DNA of 63,931 nt, filler included, from Octopus bimaculoides (lineage: Eukaryota), in the NCBI RefSeq assembly GCF_001194135.2. It is 6 parts of 6 records of this genome, joined end to end, with 100 filler letters (N's around TTAATTAATTAA, not from the genome) between each part and the next. Parts side by side here need not be neighbours in the genome. Positions count along the whole stretch, not along the records: positions 50,671 to 55,594 come from NW_026410327.1; positions 55,695 to 60,849 come from NC_068993.1; positions 60,950 to 62,743 come from NW_026371710.1; positions 62,844 to 63,931 come from NC_069001.1; 2 more parts are not named here. The stretch is one strand, 5' to 3'. This document shows, one piece after another, positions 50,995-63,217 of this stretch. The first letter of the stretch is position 1; each line of letters opens with the position of its first letter. The notes under the pieces were generated by a model. That model was not told the DNA's origin. It ran no database searches and worked only from the letters and a program-made list of their open reading frames with translations. The translations under genes were made by a program, and so were the position numbers.

Positions 50995-51189
50995 CTTTAG
51001 TTTCAGCTTAGAGCTGCAGCCATGCTGATGCACCGATGGGCTTCTTTCAGTTTCTGTTAACCAGATCTACTCGCAAGGCTTTGATCAATCCAAGGCTATA
51101 ATAGAAAGCACTTGCCCAAGGTGCCACACAGTGGAACTGAACCCAGAACCACGTGGTTGGGAAGCAAGCTTCTTACCACACAACCACTC
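50992..51189 (-). mobile_element. CORE-type SINE with large internal deletion
   Basis: Tail (gccatgctgatgcaccg) joins directly to the head side (atgggcttctttcag) at 51035/51036; accttgggcaagtg CORE motif on the minus strand. Confidence 0.8.
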
Positions 51190-51355
51190 ATATTTACTCT
51201 CATAATCTACTATTTCAAGCAGATTGTAGTTTTAACTTGTATCTAATACATTAATAAATAAATTTTATTGTTTTTTTTATATTTACTTCAAATTTGGGAC
51301 ATTATGAAGGACATAAAACAACCTGCCAAGATAAACACTGGAGCATGATTGTATA

Positions 51356-51910
51356 CGGTAATACCTCGCTTTACGAAGACATGCTTTATAAGACTCCAGG
51401 TTTACGAGCTTTATTTTTCAAGCACAAGATCCAAATTTTGAATGAAGTGCAAAAGTTTCTCCTGCCATAACAAACACTTCTGCATGTTACCAAGAAAATT
51501 ATTGAGAGCGAATAAAAATTTCTTTTAAAGAAACGACTCTGGACTTGTTTTTAAAAGGAACTCTACAAGTCTGTCTATGAGTGCTTGTGAATCAGCGATT
51601 GCGTCTACAAGTGATGGTGTGTGTAAGTCTAATGTGAGTGAAAGTAATTCAGAAAATGATTATAATAATATATTTTTTATTATAAATGATCTTGTCTTTT
51701 GTTTTTACATAAAAAATCCTTTACATTCTACAGTTGCTTTAGTGCCATTTATTTAAGAGTATTGTAAATTTTATGGGTAAAATATTTTTTCTGGGAACGA
51801 ATTATGATTTATAACATTGCTACTATGGGAAATTATTGCTCTACTTTACAAGTTTTCACTTTATGATCGGTCTCCAGGAACAAATTAACTTGAATATCGC
51901 GGCATTATTA
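51356..51910. mobile_element. Tigger-like MITE; internal 51414-51595 repeated at 52532-52709
   Basis: TA|cggtaatacctcgctttacg left end, degenerate right TIR cgcggcattatta|TA. Confidence 0.55.
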
Positions 51911-52304
51911 TATATGTGTGTGTTTGTCTCTCTGTGTGTGTGCATGTGCGTGCATGTGTGTACACTGTATCCTTACTTGTGGATATATGATTTTAACAAA
52001 GTGGAGTAATCAATGTATTCAAAGACGTAACTTCTGACTACTAACACGTGAGACTCTAATGCTTTCTTTTTCCTCAACGAGACACTCTTTATAAGAATTT
52101 GATGAGTTCACCTTTAAATCCCACAGGGGTGTTAATGTCTAACACCACAACATGTGTGTGTGTGAGTGTGTGTGCGTGTGTGTGTGTGTGTGTGTGTGCG
52201 TGCAGATAGACAAGGCCAACTCATGATACAACATATACATGTGGCATGTACATTTACACATGAAGATAGATGTGTCCAACTTACAGTATAACAACAAAAA
52301 ATGC

Positions 52305-52430
52305 CAGAGTGTCATGTTCGCTGATGCTACTCCTGGTGGTGAATTAACATATCTTTTCAGGAAAGCTTTAGATAAGATGAATCTACAGATGAAAGTAGTA
52401 GAAAGATGAGGGATCTTCATAAATCCCCCA
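52305..52430 (+). mobile_element. Possible relic of a second (Neptune-like) Penelope element
   Basis: QSVMFADATPGGELTYLFRKALDKMNLQMKVVER* resembles the FVxxTPxxEL...IKVVER post-RT motif (from memory). Confidence 0.4.
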
Positions 52431-52709
52431 ATCTGTAGAACATAGTCATTTGAAAGAACCCCACTGTACAGATAGTAACTGTATTGTGTGTAGGATGAAC
52501 CCAAAGGTAAACTGTAAAACTAGGAATGTAGTTTTTCAAGAACAAGGTCCAAATTTTGAACGAAATGCAAAAGTTTCTACTTTTCTAATAACAAAGGCAT
52601 GTTACCAAGAAATTTATAGTGAGTGAATAAAAGCTTCTCTAAGCAAACAACTCTAGACTTGCTTTTAAAATGAAATCTATGAGTCCGTCTATGAGTACTT
52701 GTGAATCAG

Positions 52710-55435
52710 GACACTGGGGGGTGCAGAGACAGCACATAGCAGAGTTGAGTGGTTGGGTGAATACTGGCAGGGAAAAACTCATTAGTGTTTTACCAACATG
52801 CTCAATTAGAACTTGGAGGTTCAGTTAATAACATAGATGTTAAGATGTTATCAACACATAGAACAGACACTTAGACAGGTCACAGAGGCTACACATACAA
52901 ATTGACAGACTTTCTTATGTAGATGTAGAGACTCAAAGCTAATACCACCTGGCTTGAATATAATGACACCAGTCGATTCACATAGAGCTAAAAGAGTAGC
53001 GGAAAGGGCAGGCCGGCCATGCCCTCATCCGTGAGAGGATCCATTATAACCGTTGGAAAAAACAGCAACTAAATAACGAAATCAAAGAGAAGTTATCTTC
53101 ATTACTTAGGAAAATAATCAGAGATGATGATAGAAAGAGAATCCAACAAGATCTGGAATAGTCGTACATCAAAGAATTTGAAATGGTGAAGACACACCAG
53201 ATTAAGAAGTTTATGAAACTCAAAGGTCAGAGAATGAAGACTGAAATCCGTCACCCAACTGTGAAAACAGTAATTAATGTAAGTAGCCGACATCTAGAAA
53301 GCTCTGAAGAAGCAGTTCTGAACAAAGGTCTCAACTTTGTGACAACCATCAAGCACATTTCATTCTTGGACATAATAGCCCTTATTGAAGAGATAGCCAT
53401 AAATATATTAAAAGCTCAGGGAGATGAACTAAGGTGGAAAGTGAGACAGGTACTAGAAAAAGCAAAACTTCCTAAACCAAACATCACTAAGGAAGAAACG
53501 TTCGCTATCAAAAGACTACAGGGTGACAATTCCATCATAATACTTCCAGTAGACAAGGGAAATGCTACAGTGATGATGAACAAGTCTGACTACTCAGAAA
53601 AACTGTCAAGTCTTATAAGTGATGGTAGCTACAGCAAAGAAAAGAAAGACCCAATTCTGAAAACAGAGAGGAAGTTGTCACAGATCTTGATCAAGAACAA
53701 GGATCACTTTACACCAATGAAGTACAGACAACTGACTCAACACTACAGTATACTACCACACATACGGTCTCCCAAAGAATCACAAGGATGGTATTCCATT
53801 AAGACCTATAGTGAGCTGTAGAGGTTCAGCATGAGCCATTTCCTTGTGGATATAATCAGTCCATTAGCAGGAAAGTCAATATCGTACGTGAAGAATTCCA
53901 CCCACTTCACAGAATTGATCAAGGATACCGCCACTGAATTCAACTAGATGGTGAGTCTAGATGTGATAAGTCTGTTCANNNNNNNNNNNNNNNNNNNNNN
54001 NNNNNNNNNNNNNNNNNNNNNNNNNNNNNNNNNNNNNNNNNNNNNNNNNNNNNNNNNNNNNNNNNNNNNNNNNNNNNNNNNNNNNNNNNNNNNNNNNNNN
54101 NNNNNNNNNNNNNNNNNNNNNNNNNNNNNNNNNNNNNNNNNNNNNNNNNNNNNNNNNNNNNNNNNNNNNNNNNNNNNNNNNNNNNNNNNNNNNNNNNNNN
54201 NNNNNNNNNNNNNNNNNNNNNNNNNNNNNNNNNNNNNNNNNNNNNNNNNNNNNNNNNNNNNNNNNNNNNNNNNNNNNNNNNNNNNNNNNNNNNNNNNNNN
54301 NNNNNNNNNNNNNNNNNNNNNNNNNNNNNNNNNNNNNNNNNNNNNNNNNNNNNNNNNNNNNNNNNNNNNNNNNNNNNNNNNNNNNNNNNNNNNNNNNNNN
54401 NNNNNNNNNNNNNNNNNNNNNNNNNNNNNNNNNNNNNNNNNNNNNNNNNNNNNNNNNNNNNNNNNNNNNNNNNNNNNNNNNNNNNNNNNNNNNNNNNNNN
54501 NNNNNNNNNCACCACTAAAACCAATACTATGGCTATGATATGTTGATGACACCTTTACACTCTGGCCCTACAAGAGAGATGGTCCAGGTACTGTTAGATC
54601 ATGTGAACTCAATAAAGCCATCCATACAGTTCACAATGGAAAAAGAAAAAGACAATCAGCTGGCATTCCTGGATGTATTAGTAACACGCACCAATTATGG
54701 ATTCAGGACATCCATATACCGCAAGCCAACCTTTACTGGACGATACCTCAACTTCAATTTCCACCATCCAGTGTAAAGAGGGAGATTGCTCAGTGCCTAA
54801 AACATTGAGCAATGAATATAAGTAGCGATCGTGATACACACCACAAAGAAATGATCAAGCTCAATAATGATCTGTTAAACAATAACTACCCAAAAGTATA
54901 CTATCCACTCCAATTAAGAAGAAGAGAGAGGATGAGGCCAATAAACTGTCCACAGTCTGCCTACCATATGTGAAAGGCCTCTCCGGAAGACACAAAGATA
55001 TGCAGCCCATATGACATCAGCATAGTATTCAAGAGTAATACAACACTTCGCAAATATTTCCTTCGAGTAAAACCACCAATAGAAGAGAATATGACCAAAG
55101 ACTGTGTGTACTCCATCCCATGCAGCTGTGGTAGGTTATACAAAGACGAAACATGCCACCCACTCAAGATAAGGGTAGATGAACATCGCAAAGCTGTGAC
55201 ATGGGGAGATATTGATAAATCAGGTATAGCTGATCATTTATGGAAAAATGGAGACCACCTCCTCCTGTGGAATGAAGTTAAAATAATAGACAGAGAACAC
55301 CACTTTAAAATATGAAAACTAAAAGAAGCAGCACATATGCTAGGACACAACAACCTCCTAAGCAGACCGAGTGCAGATGTAAATAGCATATGGGAACCGG
55401 TATTAAGGAAGGATAGGAAAATATTAGATTTATAA
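52710..55435 (+). mobile_element. Penelope-like retroelement (RT + GIY-YIG), defective
   Basis: LNKGLNFV, IILPVDKGNATV, MVSLDVISLF (53948), YVDDT (54539-54553), IQFTMEKE, YRKPTFTGRYLNF, VYSIPCSCGRLYKDET (GIY-YIG, 55106); stop at 55433; N gap 53979-54510. Confidence 0.93.
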
Positions 55436-55638
55436 GCCCTAAATAATTACACCACCATCCCATTCCACCACACTATGCAACCTGATGGCTAAATAAGGAA
55501 AAGGCAGAATAAGGAAAAAAATAATGAAAAGGCAGAATAAGGAAAAAAAAAAACAAATACAAATAGTATAATACATGAAACCATACACACGAGANNNNNN
55601 NNNNNNNNNNNNNNNNNNNNNNNNNNNNNNNNNNNNNN

Positions 55639-55650
55639 TTAATTAATTAA
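55639..55650. other. Assembly spacer TTAATTAATTAA
   Basis: 44 N on each side. Confidence 0.95.
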
Positions 55651-55728
55651 NNNNNNNNNNNNNNNNNNNNNNNNNNNNNNNNNNNNNNNNNNNNGATAAT
55701 ATAGTTGTATACTATGTAAGACAAACGG

Positions 55729-55808
55729 AAGAAGAAGAAGAAGAAGAAGAAGAAGAAGAAGAAGAAGAAGAAGAAGAAGAAGAAGAAGAAGAAGAAGAAG
55801 AAGAAGAA
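55729..55808. repeat. (GAA)n microsatellite
   Basis: Direct. Confidence 0.95.
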
Positions 55809-57994
55809 ATGACGAGATGGTCAGTCATCGCCTAAATGCCTTTGATCGTCGGTCCGTTCCACCAGAGCCGACTAGGAGGCTAAACACGACCAACACTATA
55901 TGGCCTTGACAGGAACTGAGATTGTGTTTGTCATGGATAGAGCGCATTTGATCATTAGGTCTACCTGATCAGGGCTTACCTGAGGTATAGGTCTGACCAT
56001 TCTCTATAGTTTCGTTGGAAATCTCATCAGATACGACTTTACCTCCCGGCCCCCTCCTCCTCTGGTAATTAAATGCCTGTTATTACTGTTCTTGTTTGTT
56101 CAGACTTGCGCTGATCAAGATAAATAAAATGAACTCTTCTGCATATTACATTATCAAGAAATAATGAAAACGGTTTCGTTAATAAATACAGTGTTTTATA
56201 TTCCTCTTCTATGAAGCATGATGGACATAAAAACAGCGTTAAGACAACTTTGAGAATGAATTTCATTCGCAAAGCGAAACCGGGTTGTGGACTCGATTCG
56301 CCGGCTGCCCTGCCCTTCATGTTAGAAATACAAGAGTACAAAAAGCTACAAATCCAGAGATAAGATATAGTGCGTGTCAACTGAATAAGTAATGTGTGAG
56401 TATTCGTGTGTATTCATTCCACTATCTTTCTTGCCCCTATTAACATGTGGGCCCTGAAGTGTGAAATTTCGGATGCCGGTTGAAGCCCAATTTTCCTTAA
56501 TCGAGTGAATATTAACACAAACCTACCTAAGTGATGCATAACCAGTATTATTGTAAAAAAAAACAGGAAGAAAAAGAAGATAAAAAGAAAAAAGAAAGAA
56601 AAGAAATCTCCCTTCTTATACATGTATATTGTGGAGCGCTGTTCTTAGGTTACAACAAAAACGTAATCATTATTATTTCATCAGTCAACTCCCAACGTGA
56701 CTAATGTTAGAAATTTATTTATTTATTTATCTTTTGTTCTTTTTGTTACAAGAGAGTGTTCTGAGATAACGAGGGAATTTCCCCGGCGAAACGAGACCGT
56801 CGTCGTTTCGATTTTCTTTCGGTAATAAATAATTTTAATTAATTAATTTTTAAATTTTTTTTTTTTTTTTGTAAAATCTATGAAGAAAGTTTGTAAGGCG
56901 TTACATAGCCCAATTTTCCTTTCCATCTCTGTATTTATAACATTTGTATTCATGTATTTTTGATGTTGGGGGGGAAATACACCTATCTTTCCTTCTCCCG
57001 GTAGATCTAATTCGCTTTTCTTCTCCAATCGAATCCGCTATCCTTAGCTATCCTAACATTTTCTGCTTTAAATGTCTTTTATTAACCCTACAAGGATAAA
57101 AACACGAACGTCACGCTTCATACTAAGACATGCTATCGCTTCGTGATTATGTAATATTTGAAAGAACTCAACTATCATTTATATATACCTACACGCACAC
57201 ATCATATATGTACACACACAGAAACATATAGATACATATTCACATACACTACACATTAAACATGCTTGCGCTTTACCTGGCTACAACTACTACTTCTACT
57301 ACTACAGTTACGAACTGTTGTTGCTGTTGTTACCACCACTACTACTACTACTACTGCTGTTGCTGCTGATGCAGTTATGTTGTCTACAAGTGCTTCCTCG
57401 CTCGCATTACGAATTATGCAAACGTTCCCATGTGTCTGTAAAATGCTTGCCTACCAGTCAGCCTTTATTATTGTAGCTCGATTTAACCAGTCTTGATTTT
57501 ATATTCATATTTGACACATTTTACGTTTTGTTTTCACAACTATATTGTTTACGAATGGACAGGGAGTTAGAATTATTGTAATAGATGGTGTAAAAACAGG
57601 AAGAAAAAGAAGAAATATGAAGAAGAAGAAGAAGAAGAAGAAGAAGAAGAAAGGAAAGAAAAAGAAACCTATCACTTAGACAAAATTATTACTTATCGAA
57701 TTAATTCTGTAACATCTCTGTAACAAACTAGTTCAATCTATAAGATTTCGGCGTACAATCTACAGTTAATTGGAGGTATGTCTTATATAAAAAATCTGAA
57801 ATACGTAAAACAAAAACAAACTAAAAAAGAAAAAGGAAAAATCGAAACAAAAAAATAAACAGTCCGATTGATTTTTTGGGGGGCGCATGCGCTAAATATA
57901 TGACACATGCGCAAATGAATTTTTTTTTCAACATGACCAGTGTTTGCCAAGCGTGACCATCCCATCCTTTAAGTCTTTGCCCTAAACTCAAAAC

Positions 57995-58172
57995 CAGAGA
58001 TTCTCAACCTTTTTAATATCCAGGCCAAACCCAAACCTACATTTTTCTAAGGGGCTGCACCAAAAAACATAAAACACTTGTGAATTAGAGAAAACTTTAT
58101 ATCTAAGCAAGGAAGACCGTCGGGGGCCGCCAGAAGGTTGTTTGAGGGCCGCATGCAGGCGTGAGAACCACG
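57995..58172. mobile_element. hAT/Charlie-like MITE relic
   Basis: cagagattctcaac / gtgagaaccacg termini; TSD not recovered. Confidence 0.5.
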
Positions 58173-58189
58173 ATTCCGAATCGCCACTC

Positions 58190-58320
58190 TAAACCCTAAT
58201 CCCATACTCCATACTCGACCCCAAACCTAAACTTAACATTAACCCTAACTTTAAACGCAACTCTAACCTTAAACCTTAACTTATCCAACGCCATAAGCCC
58301 AGACCGAACCCCTAACCAAT
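58190..58320 (+). repeat. Degenerate (CCCTAA)-like hexamer array
   Basis: aaccctaat, aacctaaac, aaccctaac, aaccttaaaccttaac, cccctaacc. Confidence 0.6.
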
Positions 58321-58347
58321 AATACGTATCATAAATTGTGAATTTTC

Positions 58348-58512
58348 GTGGCTGTGTGGCAAGAAGCTTGCTTCTCAACCACATGGTTTCGGGTTCTGTC
58401 CCACTGTATGACTCTTTGGGCAAGTGTCTTCTATGATAGTCTCGGGTTGACCAAAGCTTTGTGAGTAGATTTGGTGGACGGAAACTGAAAGAAACCCGTC
58501 ATATATATATAC

Positions 58513-58558
<46 letters not shown>
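58348..58558 (+). mobile_element. CORE-type SINE head, cut by gap
   Basis: gtggctgtgtgg A box, gggttctgtccc B box, tttgggcaagtgtcttcta CORE-like segment. Confidence 0.85.
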
Positions 58559-59187
58559 NNNNNNNNNNNNNNNNNNNNNNNNNNNNNNNNNNNNNNNNNN
58601 NNNNNNNNNNNNNNNNNNNNNNNNNNNNNNNNNNNNNNNNNNNNNNNNNNNNNNNNNNNNNNNNNNNNNNNNNNNNNNNNNNNNNNNNNNNNNNNNNNNN
58701 NNNNNNNNNNNNNNNNNNNNNNNNNNNNNNNNNNNNNNNNNNNNNNNNNNNNNNNNNNNNNNNNNNNNNNNNNNNNNNNNNNNNNNNNNNNNNNNNNNNN
58801 NNNNNNNNNNNNNNNNNNNNNNNNNNNNNNNNNNNNNNNNNNNNNNNNNNNNNNNNNNNNNNNNNNNNNNNNNNNNNNNNNNNNNNNNNNNNNNNNNNNN
58901 NNNNNNNNNNNNNNNNNNNNNNNNNNNNNNNNNNNNNNNNNNNNNNNNNNNNNNNNNNNNNNNNNNNNNNNNNNNNNNNNNNNNNNNNNNNNNNNNNNNN
59001 NNNNNNNNNNNNNNNNNNNNNNNNNNNNNNNNNNNNNNNNNNNNNACCATTTTTTTTAACCTACGGACCCTTTTGATTACCATTCTATTCTGGTGAATCC
59101 CAAAGTCATTCTATGTTTAAAAACTGGTTTCACAGATGCTTTCAAAAATTCTATTTTGTTTTTCGCCCATTCGCTTGTAAAGAAACT

Positions 59188-59416
59188 GCGGCGAGCTGGC
59201 AGAATCGTTAGCACGCCGGGCGAAATGGTTAGCGGTATTTCGTCTGCCGTTACGTTCTGATTTCAAATTCCGCCGAGGTCGACTTTGCCTTTCATCCTTT
59301 CGGAGTCGATAAATTAAGTACCAGTTACGCACTGGGGTCGATGTAATCGACTTAATCCCTTTGTCTGTCCTTGTTTGTCCCCTCTATGTTTAGCCCCTTG
59401 TGGGCAATAAAGAAAT
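59188..59416 (+). mobile_element. Young full-length tRNA SINE with 8-bp TSD
   Basis: aagaaact at 59180-59187 and 59417-59424; B box gatttcaaattcc. Confidence 0.93.
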
Positions 59417-59639
59417 AAGAAACTAAATTGTTTCTTATAATAAATACTGCTTAATCAAAATTTTTCATCGACCCCTAAAATGCTACCATGGATCCCCAAG
59501 TTACTATTTTGATTTCATGGGTTCCCCAAAAATCTGTTCTAGAGGAAGAAGTAGCGTAACTTAAGTGTATGCCACCCAAAAAAGTTTTTGAGTTTGCCGC
59601 CTCCGCCTCTATAAAAATGTCGTCCGTGGCGGACCTTCG

Positions 59640-60560
59640 CCCCCACCACAGCTACGCTACTGTGAAGAAGAACGGACTGGGTGTCGAAGTTAGTAACGCT
59701 ATCGTACGATATGACACAAAGACAACAAGAGAAATATATAGAGATCATAGGTGGGAAGTTTTGCTGAGGTATATTCGCGTACCAAACACGACCGGAAGCT
59801 TCTCTGATGTCGAAAGCAACGACGGCTTTTGCCGAATGGTGAAGGAGATATGAGTAAGTCGAGAGTGCCTGGGTCGAGATAAGCACAAGATGAGCTAGAT
59901 CCGAGGAACTAGCTATCGGTAGTTATCGGTAGAACAGTCAAGAAGAGACGATAGTATGATGTTGGTGTGCGTTTGTGAACGAGTTTATGTCAGTTAGCCT
60001 CGGGGCCTTTCTCTAGATGCGTTATAGGATGTCATTGTTCGGACCAGCAACGCCGTCCGAGTTGTGGAAATCGGTGTACTCCTTGGTGAGTCTCACTTGG
60101 GCTTTGTAGAACATTAGCAGTTGTTGGTAGATCGAGTATCTTCTGGCTCTGAAGAGTAGAACTAGCGTTACAAATACAGTCATTGCTATTTTGAAAGGGT
60201 TTGTTCGTTAGAAGACATCCTGGGTGATTTATAAGGCCCAGCATATAAAGCATATAAAGTATAGGGGTCTGTTTGCGTGATGGTCATGTTGGTGGGGCGT
60301 GATGGTTGTTTTCTTCAAATGTGATATGTGGGTGCGATAATGTTTTTCTTGATGTGTGCAGTGATTATCTTTTGATGCTAAGTGAGACAAGATTAACGTT
60401 AAATCATCGGAAGAGGGTTTTGAGATCTCTGTTAATTAAGTCTGTGTAGATTTAGCTCGGAATGTAATGGTTGCGTGAAGACGACACTTGGGTGTGAGAT
60501 GTTAGGGAGAAATGAAAGGTGGTACCATCTGTGCTGGAGAAGACGTCAGATAAGTAGTTG
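59640..60560 (-). mobile_element. Degraded CR1/L2-like LINE, fragments in permuted order
   Basis: LFRARRYSIYQQLLMFYKAQVRLTKEY (late RT) precedes AKAVVAFDIREASGRVWYANI (early RT motif) on the minus strand. Confidence 0.65.
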
Positions 60561-60566
60561 ACATAT

Positions 60567-60849
60567 GTTGTTGTTGTTGGCACTCCGTCGCTTACGACGT
60601 CGAGGGTTCCAGTTGATCCGATCAACGGAACAGCCTGCTCGTGAAATTAACGTGCAAGTGGCTGAGCACTCCACAGACACGTGTACCCTTAACGTAGTTC
60701 TCGGGGATATTCAGCGTGACACAGAGTGTGACAAGGCTGACCCTTTGAATTACAGGCACAACAGAAACAGGAAGAAAGAGTGAGAGAAAGTTGTGGTGAA
60801 AGAATACAGCAGGGTTCGCCACCATCCTCTGCCGGAGCCTCGTGGAGCT
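60567..60849 (-). mobile_element. OK-like SINE, 3' part, cut by gap
   Basis: About 95% identical to 17794-18070. Confidence 0.92.
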
Positions 60850-60893
60850 NNNNNNNNNNNNNNNNNNNNNNNNNNNNNNNNNNNNNNNNNNNN

Positions 60894-60905
60894 TTAATTA
60901 ATTAA
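60894..60905. other. Assembly spacer TTAATTAATTAA
   Basis: 44 N on each side. Confidence 0.95.
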
Positions 60906-60949
60906 NNNNNNNNNNNNNNNNNNNNNNNNNNNNNNNNNNNNNNNNNNNN

Positions 60950-62742
60950 GTCCACCCTTTAACGGTTGTTGGCAGCAAATAGAGCGTTTCACAAACGGTT
61001 TCGAGCACTTCCACAAAAAGCGGAAGAGCTGTCTTTCCAGCTTGACCAACCACAAATCAGGCCAGGGAACGACGGTTAGGCGGTAGGTGATGACCAATGC
61101 GATAAACACATTGGCTACCTCCGCCCTCTCTTTCAGGGATAGCCACTGCCAAGACCAGGTCTTGACTATGTGGATCACCCTGCTCGATACCTCGTCCCAG
61201 TTCTTCTCTATTTGGAAGTCTGGTCCAAACCAAACTCCAAACAACTTAATCGGACCCTCCGTCCAACGTCCCACGACGCTGTCAGGAGGCATTGATTTGC
61301 CTCTCCAGGTGCCGAGCTGCAAGCCGACTGACTTTTCACGATTAACTTTTGCTCCAGCCACCGTCTCGTAAACCTCTATGGCCTTGCCTACTATCTGTAG
61401 GTGGTCCATTTCGGTTACGATGATGGTGATGTCATCCGCGTAAGCTGAAACCGATTTTCCACAACCTGGCTGTCTCGGAATGCCGCTCAATTTTTGCAGT
61501 AATGGCTCAAGGGCCATCACATACAAAATCGGGGAGAGCGGACACCCTTGATGAACCGAGCGTTTGATGTTGAACGGCTTCGATAAGAAGCCGTTCACCC
61601 GAACTACCGAGTCGATGTTGTCGTAAATCTCGATGATCCACCTGAGAAAACCAAGACNNNNNNNNNNNNNNNNNNNNNNNNNNNNNNNNNNNNNNNNNNN
61701 NNNNNNNNNNNNNNNNNNNNNNNNNNNNNNNNNNNNNNNNNNNNNNNNNNNNNNNNNNNNNNNNNNNNNNNNNNNNNNNNNNNNNNNNNNNNNNNNNNNN
61801 NNNNNNNNNNNNNNNNNNNNNNNNNNNNNNNNNNNNNNNNNNNNNNNNNNNNNNNNNNNNNNNNNNNNNNNNNNNNNNNNNNNNNNNNNNNNNNNNNNNN
61901 NNNNNNNNNNNNNNNNNNNNNNNNNNNNNNNNNNNNNNNNNNNNNNNNNNNNNNNNNNNNNNNNNNNNNNNNNNNNNNNNNNNNNNNNNNNNNNNNNNNN
62001 NNNNNNNNNNNNNNNNNNNNNNNNNNNNNNNNNNNNNNNNNNNNNNNNNNNNNNNNNNNNNNNNNNNNNNNNNNNNNNNNNNNNNNNNNNNNNNNNNNNN
62101 NNNNNNNNNNNNNNNNNNNNNNNNNNNNNNNNNNNNNNNNNNNNNNNNNNNNNNNNNNNNNNNNNNNNNNNNNNNNNNNNNNNNNNNNNNNNNNNNNNNN
62201 NNNNNNNNNNNNNNNNNNNNNNNNNNNNNNTCAACTTATCTTGTTGGTTCATCAAAGATCGAATTGTAGCATCATTACCACGTTGGGTTTCCACCACTCG
62301 GGCCCATCCTGCGGCCATGATTCCCTCACAACCCACAGCACGAAGTCTAGCCCTGACAATGCAACCCATGTGTTTGGCTTCGAGGTGCTGGTTTAATGCC
62401 AGTCCCTTGGCCGTCACCTGAGTCGCAGAGCCAGTTCTCATTGCTTCCTCTAATTCCTTAACTAAAACTGATTACCTTCTACTCTCTCTAGCCACTAAAC
62501 CTATGCTATATCTAATAGACTCAAATTTAATGGCTTGCTTGAGAGCATACCACCATTTATTATTAATAATGGTACCAGTTAATGCCCTCTGAATCAACAA
62601 CCTAATCCGATCTCTGTACTCCTTAATCGCCAAAAGGGACGTATTAAGTTTCCAGTAGCCGGAGCCTCTATTATATAGCTTATCTATGTTAAACCTACAG
62701 GTGATCATTTTATGATCACTGTAGCTGACTGGGTAAAACTGT
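60950..62742 (-). mobile_element. L1/Tx1-clade LINE ORF2 fragment
   Basis: GYWKLNTSLL, RSVHQGCPLSPILY, SAYADDI, KVNREKS; one in-frame TAA at 62472-62474; N gap 61658-62230. Confidence 0.9.
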
Positions 62743-62787
62743 GNNNNNNNNNNNNNNNNNNNNNNNNNNNNNNNNNNNNNNNNNNNN

Positions 62788-62799
62788 TTAATTAATTAA
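62788..62799. other. Assembly spacer TTAATTAATTAA
   Basis: 44 N on each side. Confidence 0.95.
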
Positions 62800-62843
62800 N
62801 NNNNNNNNNNNNNNNNNNNNNNNNNNNNNNNNNNNNNNNNNNN

Positions 62844-63135
62844 ACTAACAATTCTTCTATCCCAAGTTTCCTCATTGACCACCAGATAAGGGATCGGGGG
62901 ACCCTGTCAAAGGCTTTCTCCATGTCAACGAAGGCCAGGTACAGAGGTTTATCCTTAGCTAAGTATTTCTCCTGCAACTGTCTCACTAGAAATAAGGCAT
63001 CAGTAGTGCTTTTACCTGGCACGAACCCAAACTGCATCTCATCTAAATTGATTCGCTCCCTAATTAGTTGGGCTATGACCCTCTCTGTAACTTTCATAAC
63101 CTGATCTAACAGCTTGATGCCTCTGTAATTATTTG
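62844..63135 (-). mobile_element. RTE-clade LINE RT fragment, 5'-truncated
   Basis: NYRGIKLL...QFGFVPGKSTTDALF...FVDMEKAFDRVPR. Confidence 0.92.
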
Positions 63136-63217
63136 TATATATATATAAACATTTGTAGAGAGAAATTGTGAGTTAGAGATTATGCAACGGTCTAAGGGAT
63201 AAATGTATTCACAGGCA

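Noticed and set aside
89-59096. Long ORFs made of YI, HT, CV, SL, ER, poly-L/I/D/H or X
   Set aside because: Translations of microsatellites and N gaps
59569-59853. 94-aa plus-strand ORF MPPKKVFEF...
   Set aside because: Largely the antisense shadow of the CR1-like LINE relic
20217-62799. Five identical TTAATTAATTAA palindromes (20217, 50615, 55639, 60894, 62788) as a biological motif
   Set aside because: Each sits in the centre of exactly 44+44 Ns (100 bp total) and has stops in all six frames, so it is a scaffolding spacer. Adjacency across these gaps is unreliable.
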